Of a stretch of 64,000 nucleotides of DNA, positions 58,105-64,000 are shown in pieces. The stretch's first letter is position 1. Each line of letters opens with the position of its first letter. Source of the DNA: Candidatus Hydrogenedentota bacterium (GTDB lineage Bacteria; Hydrogenedentota; Hydrogenedentia; Hydrogenedentales; SLHB01); the NCBI GenBank assembly GCA_963668025.2, contig CAXXTH010000010.1, positions 1,280,001 to 1,344,000 of the forward strand, given 5' to 3'. The notes below the pieces were generated by a model that ran no database searches, was not told where the DNA came from, and saw nothing but the letters and a program-made list of their open reading frames with translations. The translations under genes were made by a program, and so were the position numbers.

Positions 58105-59795
58105 CCTAAAAAAGGCAGTAGGAGCTTGCTTTGGGATTTTTCCAGCCCAATTTTGTAAAGAAATAACTGTCCTGTCCCGCTCTTTACGTTGGCGCCGGCA
58201 GCAGGTTGGGGGTGGCCAGCGGCCTTCCCTCGAGTATTTTGGCGAAGATCCGGCTGAGGATCGTCCGCCATCGTTCGTTCCGGTTCAACTGCCGCGCAGT
58301 TGCTTTCACCTCCGATAAAAAGGCGTTTACGGATTTCAGAACTTGTTCCATAGCATGTCCTTGCGCATGCACGGGGGTGATGGTGAGCGTGGTTTGGCCT
58401 CCGTGGCGGGTCTGCTGTCCCACACCATACAGCAGCAGAGGGCGGCTCGTGATCGCTTCGGCGTGGCGCTCCGGAATCGCCAAGCGCACGTACAAAGACC
58501 ACCAATTGTAAATCAGGGCTATGATTCGCGCCATGATTTGGCAGCGCTTCATATCGTGGGTGGTATACCCGCCCCACCCCCACTGGTTTTTCTGTTCATC
58601 GTAGATGTTTTCCGCATCGCCCCGGTCGCGATAATGCTGGGCCAAGGCCGATAGGGGGTCTGTCAGCGAAGTGGCCAGCAGCGCGTATTCATACTGCTGC
58701 ACGGCTCCCGCTTGGATCTCAATGAGCTGTAGTTGGGGGGAGGGGTCAGGCAATAGCGGCTCCGTTTCCAGAACGATACTCCCTTTGAGCTTGCGCCGCA
58801 GAACGATTACCCGGCGTTTGCTCGTCCATCCCATAAGCTCCAGACGGTCTTCCAAACCTTCCCAGCCTTGGCCTGCTGGCGTCCAGTCCTTAGAACAAAA
58901 GGCCTGCTGGATAAGCCGTTTCACGTTGCTGGTCTGCCGCAATTTGAACAGATAGGGCACTCCGCGCGCTTCGGCTTCGCTCATGTCGCGTTCGTTGCCG
59001 AAGGCGCAGTCGCCGCGAATCATGCCCGGCCAGGCCGCGCGCGGCAAGCCATCGAGAAAATGCCACAATCCAGGCATGGTGTATTTCGCCGCCGTCTCGT
59101 TGCCCGGCCGGACTTCCACGTCCAGCACCAAGCGCGTGTTCGCCATAAAATAGGTATGCAGCACATGAGAAGGACGGCCCTGTTTCGCCGGATTGTAGCC
59201 CAGCACGGCCCCTTCTTGATGGCCGAACAGGGGCTTCACGCTTGTATCCACGTCCAAAATCCAAGGCTCATAAAGCAACGGCTCATAACAGCGGCGCAGG
59301 TGCTTCTGTAGCCAGCCCGCGCAGGCTTCCCCGTCCGCCAGTATAAATGCCCGCCGCGCCGAGGAGGCGCTCATGATCTTGCTCATACCCAGCAAGCCCG
59401 GGTTCACCGCGTCGTAACGGACCGCGTCAATGTGCGCATAGCGGGTGTGGCCCGCCAGCACTGATAAAAATAGCGTGCCCAGCACATCCCTCTTGCGCGG
59501 CGCATTATTGCTGGCGTACGCCAGCGGACAGTCCTCCACCCACGCTTCAAAAAGCTCCGCCATCTTGAGGAAATCGATAAAGAACGCCAACTGGCCAAAC
59601 GGCGTCGTTGCCGCCTCCCGGTCCCATTCCACATGCACCCGGCCCCCGTAGCTATCTACGAAAATCGGCGCCTCCAAAGACAACCATTCCTCCTCTCCCA
59701 ATGGGGGAGCATCTTGCTGTTGCGATTCTGTTTCCATGTTCTTTATCTTGAACTACTTCCAGCTCGACACTCAAGATTCAACTGGCGTTTTTAGG
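58105..59795 (-). mobile_element. Complete 1691-bp IS1380-family insertion sequence
   Basis: IRs CCTAAAAA(A/C)G(G/C)CAGT at 58105-58119 and 59781-59795; 5-bp target duplication ATTAC at 58100-58104 and 59796-59800. Confidence 0.88.
58184..59737 (-). CDS. IS1380-family DDE transposase
   Basis: WILDVDTSVKPLFGHQEGAVLGYNP, VRPGN, IRGDCAFG and YRDRGDAENIYDEQK. Confidence 0.88.
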   Translation of the reverse strand: METESQQQDAPPLGEEEWLSLEAPIFVDSYGGRVHVEWDREAATTPFGQLAFFIDFLKMAELFEAWVEDCPLAYASNNAPRKRDVLGTLFLSVLAGHTRYAHIDAVRYDAVNPGLLGMSKIMSASSARRAFILADGEACAGWLQKHLRRCYEPLLYEPWILDVDTSVKPLFGHQEGAVLGYNPAKQGRPSHVLHTYFMANTRLVLDVEVRPGNETAAKYTMPGLWHFLDGLPRAAWPGMIRGDCAFGNERDMSEAEARGVPYLFKLRQTSNVKRLIQQAFCSKDWTPAGQGWEGLEDRLELMGWTSKRRVIVLRRKLKGSIVLETEPLLPDPSPQLQLIEIQAGAVQQYEYALLATSLTDPLSALAQHYRDRGDAENIYDEQKNQWGWGGYTTHDMKRCQIMARIIALIYNWWSLYVRLAIPERHAEAITSRPLLLYGVGQQTRHGGQTTLTITPVHAQGHAMEQVLKSVNAFLSEVKATARQLNRNERWRTILSRIFAKILEGRPLATPNLLPAPT

Positions 59796-59941
59796 ATTAC
59801 AGCCCAGGGCCGACCGCCGCCCGAAGGGCAAGGGAGCCCCTGGGTGCAAATGCCCCCTCCCCGAAATGCCCTGTATGGGCATCCCAAAAGCGAGCCATTT
59901 CACGCTATTGATACCTGGAAGTATCTGGCGGCGGAGCTTCT

Positions 59942-60029
59942 TTAACGCAGAGAACGCAAAGGACGCGGAGTTTCGCGGAGCAGACATCTCCTCCGCGAAA
60001 CTCCGCGTCCTCAGCGCCTCTGCGATGAA
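59942..60029. repeat. Palindrome built from 9-bp-period GCGGAG/GCAGAG units
   Basis: AGGACGCGGAGTTTCGCGGAG-CAGACATCTC-CTCCGCGAAACTCCGCGTCCT core with imperfect flanking arms. Confidence 0.75.
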
Positions 60030-60758
60030 CTACAACACATTGATGGAGTGAAAAGAATGACTCTTGGGATGTCCCTTCAGGACAATTCATTGGGGGTGCT
60101 TATACCCAGGGGCTCCCTTGCCCTTCGGGCGGCGGTCGGCCCTGGGCTATGGTGGGTTGTCCCTTCGGGACACTATTTATAAATTCTGTCCTCATCCATT
60201 ATATCAGCTAGTTACATAATATTGTTGTTTTTATGCAAAAATAATAGTGGCGCGCCCGTTACGAGCGCACCGCTTCGTGTGTAATCTCAATGGAGAATTA
60301 TTGTACGCCGTATTTCGTTTGGCTAGAGCGATTTAAGATTGGGTAATACTTCAGGCAGCTAAAGTGTTACGGAAATCTTTTCCAAGAAACACATGGCGGT
60401 TTCATGTGCGTGCAAGATAACATGCCATTTACCCGGCAATTTCGAAGAAAATGATTTTCTGTTGCATAGAAGGCAAATCTGATATTATAGTGGGCGAGGG
60501 TAAGTGAGTGGGCATGACAAAATGAAGAACATACGCATTTGTGCGCAACTTTGGATGGCCTCTGGATATTTAATAAAGGTGGCCTGAGTGAGGGAATGTG
60601 CGGAGGCGGACAGGGTGTTGTACAAGTACGAAGTGTTTTCATTAAAATAGAGTTGCCTATGTCATGCACGTTGACCCCCATGGCGTATTTTGATAAAGTA
60701 TTGGGTCGATTAACCGCGCGGATGCGCAAAAAACAAAAAAGTGGATGGAGAAAGAACC

Positions 60759-61295
60759 ATGAATGCAAAGACTACTGTAAAGACTGCGTTACTCATCGTA
60801 TTGGCTATTGGCCTTGTAGCCACCACGGGTTGCAAGCACAAGACGCCCATCTCTACGACTCCGAGCGACACCGGCGCGATTGCCCAGGCTCCGACCTCGG
60901 GTGATGGCCTTCCGGGTGCGGAACTAGACAAGTTGCTTTGGGACAAGGCGACTGGCCTTCAAATCGTTTACTTTGACTTTGATAGTTTCGCCCTGCGTGC
61001 GGATGCGAAGGCCACCCTGGCGCAGAACGCCGAGAAAATTAAGCAAGCGGTGCAGATCGCTCCGGCCGTCATGATTCAAATCGAAGGCCATTGCGACGAG
61101 CGCGGCACCCAGGAATATAACCTGGCTCTTGGCGAGAAGCGCGCCCTCGCGGTTCGCGATTACTTGATTTCGCTGGGCGCTTCAGGCGACCGCATGCTTA
61201 CGATCAGCTACGGCGAAGAGAATCCAGTTGATCCGGGCCATGGTGAAGCTGCTTGGGCGAAGAATCGCCGCAGTGAATTCAACAAATCTCGCTAG
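60759..61295 (+). CDS. pal: Peptidoglycan-associated lipoprotein Pal
   Basis: Lipobox ATTGC; VYFDFDS, IEGHCDERGTQEYNLALGEKRA, SYGEENP and AWAKNRR. Confidence 0.95.
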   Translation: MNAKTTVKTALLIVLAIGLVATTGCKHKTPISTTPSDTGAIAQAPTSGDGLPGAELDKLLWDKATGLQIVYFDFDSFALRADAKATLAQNAEKIKQAVQIAPAVMIQIEGHCDERGTQEYNLALGEKRALAVRDYLISLGASGDRMLTISYGEENPVDPGHGEAAWAKNRRSEFNKSR

Positions 61296-61304
61296 GAGTT
61301 AAGC

Positions 61305-62195
61305 ATGTTTTTCGTGAAATCGGCCAGGATATGCGTGGCGCTGGTTGGCTTGTTCGTCTTAACGGCAGGTAGCGCCAGCTCCGGTATGGGAAGCGATGAG
61401 TTCGAGAGCACCATCTACCAAACATACCGGCACGTGAAGAGCATAGATGACCAGGTGGGCGGCGCTGTATCCGAGTTGAATACGACGACCGCTGATCTGA
61501 GCGCGCGCGTGGATGAGAGTGATCAGAAAACGCGCGAACTGCAAGGGCTGGTAGCCGAGAATACTCGGAAAACCGCTGAGTTGCAGGCTCAACTGGCGAG
61601 TCTCACGAAAAATGTCTGTTCCGCGATGAATATTGCGGCCGCTCCGGCTGCGCCTGGTATTACAGGGATGCCCTCGACAGCTCCCTCCCCAGGGCAGCCG
61701 GAGGCGGTTGCACCTACCGCTCCGCTGGATGGCCCCATTGGAGGTGAAGAAGCTGCGCCTTCAACGCCAACAGCGGCAGCGCCAGAGAACGCCGGGAACG
61801 CCCTTGAGGACTATCAAAAAGCCGAAAAGGCGTATAAAGATAAAGACTATCCCAAAGCAGTGGGCATGTTCGATTCGTATTTGCAGCGCTATCCCAAGAC
61901 CGATGTGGCAGATAAAGCCCAATTCCTGAAGGCGTATTGTGTCTACCAGGTTGCGGAAAAAGATAAAAAGCCGGAATCCTACAAGAATGCTATCGCCGAG
62001 CTGGACAAGGTGCAAGCGGACTATCCCTCGTCCACGTGGGTTCCATATGCTTTGCACAATCAAGCTGCCGCATATCTCAAACTAGGCGACACGGCGCGGG
62101 CGACGCAATTATTAGAGGATCTGGTGAAGAATTACCCGCTGTCGCCAGCCGCGGAAAGTGCCCGGACCCGGTTAAACCAGCTCAAAGGTAATTGA
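61305..62195 (+). CDS. cpoB: CpoB/YbgF-like coiled-coil plus TPR protein, paralogue 1
   Basis: Signal peptide, coiled coil, Pro/Ala linker, TPR ending LVKNYPLSPAAESARTRL; immediately after pal. Confidence 0.7.
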   Translation: MFFVKSARICVALVGLFVLTAGSASSGMGSDEFESTIYQTYRHVKSIDDQVGGAVSELNTTTADLSARVDESDQKTRELQGLVAENTRKTAELQAQLASLTKNVCSAMNIAAAPAAPGITGMPSTAPSPGQPEAVAPTAPLDGPIGGEEAAPSTPTAAAPENAGNALEDYQKAEKAYKDKDYPKAVGMFDSYLQRYPKTDVADKAQFLKAYCVYQVAEKDKKPESYKNAIAELDKVQADYPSSTWVPYALHNQAAAYLKLGDTARATQLLEDLVKNYPLSPAAESARTRLNQLKGN

Positions 62196-62282
62196 TATCG
62201 AGTGTAAACGAAAGCGCGCGCACGGGTCCGCCTCGGCGCGCGTTCACAGTTCTAGCCGTCGATGCGAAAGGGCTCAGGTGGC

Positions 62283-63119
62283 ATGATGCGCATGAAGAGA
62301 GTGATATCCCTCGCTGGTGTGCTGGGAATGGGTTTCCTGGTATCTGGATGTATAACCACGGGAAACGACCAGCTCCAAGGCACGGTGCAGTATACCTATA
62401 AGGTTGCTCGCAAGCTGGATACGGACCTGAGCGCCAGTGTGCAGCAATTGCGCGGCACCACCACGACGCTGAGCCAGCGGCTTGATGATAATGCGAAAAA
62501 CATTCAAGAACTGGAAGACAGCATCCGGGCGAATCAAGCGGCGCTAGATAAGATGAAAGGCCAGCTCGATGAGTTGACCCGCGTACTCTATGCTAAGATG
62601 GGCCTAACCAACACCGGCGCCAGTACGGGCGCTCCGCCCTCGAATATCATGATTGAAAGTGCAAGCGCCGCTCCCATGTCCGCACCGCCAGCGGGCATCG
62701 CTACTCCCGAGACGGCGGTGGGCGGCGATCCCGCCGCAGTGTATGAAGCCGCACAGCGCAGTTATATCCAACAAGATTACCAGAATGCGGCGCAACAGTA
62801 TGATGCGTATTTGCGGTTTCCAAATACGGACCACGCCGATTACGCCCAATACTGGAAAGCGGAATCGTATTACCAATTAGCCAAGAAAAATCAGGATTCA
62901 AATCTGTATCAGCAGAGTATTGTTGAATTCGAAAAACTCCGGAATGATCATCCGAATTCCAGCAAGGTGCCCGGGGCGTTGTATGATCAAGCCATGGCGT
63001 ACCTGAGCCTGAATCAGACGGAGTCCGCTATCAAGCTTTTCGACACTCTGGTCGCGAAGTTCCCATCCGACGCCAATGCCGAACGAGCGCAATCGGAACT
63101 CAAGAAGCTCAAGGGGTAG
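62283..63119 (+). CDS. cpoB: CpoB/YbgF-like lipoprotein, paralogue 2
   Basis: Lipobox LVSGC; coiled coil; AQYWKAESYY, HPNSSKVPGAL and LVAKFPSDANAERA. Exact start uncertain (62283-62292). Confidence 0.7.
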   Translation: MMRMKRVISLAGVLGMGFLVSGCITTGNDQLQGTVQYTYKVARKLDTDLSASVQQLRGTTTTLSQRLDDNAKNIQELEDSIRANQAALDKMKGQLDELTRVLYAKMGLTNTGASTGAPPSNIMIESASAAPMSAPPAGIATPETAVGGDPAAVYEAAQRSYIQQDYQNAAQQYDAYLRFPNTDHADYAQYWKAESYYQLAKKNQDSNLYQQSIVEFEKLRNDHPNSSKVPGALYDQAMAYLSLNQTESAIKLFDTLVAKFPSDANAERAQSELKKLKG

Positions 63120-63164
63120 GCGGTCGGCCGCGCCGGTTCAGGGCGCCGCAGGCCATCGAAAATC

Positions 63165-64000
63165 ATGAAAATACGTAGCAGCCATATCATCATCGTGGGG
63201 GGGACTGCTGTCTTTGCTTTCATCCTCTTTGCCGTCATGCGTGAACGCTCCCAAGAATCCGATACTTCCGCGCTCTCAACTCCGCAATCCCAAGGGCCTC
63301 GCATCTTTATCGCCAACCGCACCATAGACATGGGAACGATCAGCAATCGGCAGCCCACTGATATTACGACCGAGATTTCAAACCAAGGCAGCGCCGTCCT
63401 CGAGATCGGGCCTATTCAAGGTTCGTGTCCTTGCATCAAGGCAACGCTGGATATGCAGGCCATTCCTCCCGGCCAATCCGCCAAACTCACGATAACCATG
63501 GATCCGTTTCATATCAGCGGATTTGAATGCTACGAAAAGTCTATTTCCTTTAATACGAATGATCCTTCCCTCCCCATCGTCATCATTCAAGTACCCTGCA
63601 AGATCACGCCTGAGTTCACCCTTGAGCCGCAAGCGTTAGCTTTTGGTGAAATAAACAAGGGCGATAACTTGGAACAAACGATCCTGGTGCGGCAGGCCGA
63701 CACGCTACCCCTTGAAATGAAGGGGGTGGAATTGTCTTCACAAGGCATAAAAGGCGTCGAGCTGTCGTATGCCGCACGCCCTAAAGAAACCTGGTCGGCT
63801 CCCGATAAAGCGGAATATCTCATTACCGCCAAGCTGACTCCCGAGGTGCGCCCTGGCGATCTGTTTGCGGGCATCCGCATTTTAACCAATATCGAGCGCC
63901 TTAAAAGCGGTGTCATGACCAGTCTGACCGGGAAAGTGAATACGTTTTACCGCGTATCGCCAGGATATGTGATCCGGTTACAACAGATAGAACCGGGACA
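63165..64000 (+). CDS. DUF1573-domain protein (runs off the window end; absent from the ORF track)
   Basis: My translation from ATG 63165: MKIRSSHIIIVGGTAVFAFILFAV..IDMGTI..ISNQGSAVLEIGPIQGSCPCIKA..IPPGQSAKLTIT..FNTNDP. No stop seen before 64000. Confidence 0.72.
   Translation, partial: MKIRSSHIIIVGGTAVFAFILFAVMRERSQESDTSALSTPQSQGPRIFIANRTIDMGTISNRQPTDITTEISNQGSAVLEIGPIQGSCPCIKATLDMQAIPPGQSAKLTITMDPFHISGFECYEKSISFNTNDPSLPIVIIQVPCKITPEFTLEPQALAFGEINKGDNLEQTILVRQADTLPLEMKGVELSSQGIKGVELSYAARPKETWSAPDKAEYLITAKLTPEVRPGDLFAGIRILTNIERLKSGVMTSLTGKVNTFYRVSPGYVIRLQQIEPG

Larger units (their letters stand above)
58080..60173. repeat. Long inverted-repeat element whose left arm is interrupted by the IS1380-family element
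   Basis: GTGTCCCGAAGGGACA at 58080 is mirrored ending at 60173; perfect 45-bp IR at 59801-59845 and 60104-60148. Confidence 0.8.

Noticed and set aside
59801-60173. Possible CRISPR array, structured ncRNA or short ORFs in the palindromic region
   Set aside because: The repeats are inverted rather than direct with unique spacers, and no cas genes are present. The short ORFs are translations of the palindromes. Better explained as REP/MITE-like DNA.
60367-60904. ORFs 60367-60768 (-) and 60539-60904 (+)
   Set aside because: Atypical composition and no motifs; they overlap the pal promoter region or pal in another frame.

Overview
Chromosomal window from a diderm bacterium (Pal, Wza and lipoproteins are present). 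The gene style suggests Candidatus Hydrogenedentota or a PVC-like lineage, but this is inference only: a DUF1559/H-X9-DG prepilin-like protein, GCP lipoboxes, PASTA-domain surface proteins and an FGE-sulfatase/PKD lipoprotein. Left to right: (1) a PASTA surface protein with an LPAAG-TM-basic C-terminal sorting signal; (2) a carbohydrate-utilisation region (GH127, SGNH esterase, fucose-isomerase-family protein, class II aldolase, FGGY kinase, BNR/sialidase, and a prepilin-like protein preceded by a doubled palindromic operator); (3) housekeeping genes (surA-like, eno, ftsB, phoH, 7TM-HD, ybeY, two CNNM/CorC paralogues, DUF502); (4) an uncharacterised five-gene membrane system (DUF6785/OPT-like protein, 1547-aa degenerate-M28/FtsX fusion, OPT-like protein, small FtsX permease, LolD/MacB-type ATPase); (5) two minus-strand lipoproteins; (6) a complete 1989-bp two-gene IS (DUF6788-like protein plus DDE transposase, 9-bp target duplication) upstream of a frameshifted dinB; (7) an exosortase-linked polysaccharide locus (sensor-less sigma54 activator, wza, wzc, WecB/TagA glycosyltransferase, TPR, exosortase, TPR lipoprotein, wzm, wzt, GT2, GT-C-like); (8) a nest of REP/MITE-like palindromes containing a complete IS1380-family element (5-bp target duplication); (9) pal, two cpoB/ybgF-like paralogues and a truncated DUF1573 gene. 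No CRISPR array, rRNA or tRNA was recognised. All family assignments come from motif recognition by eye, not database searches.
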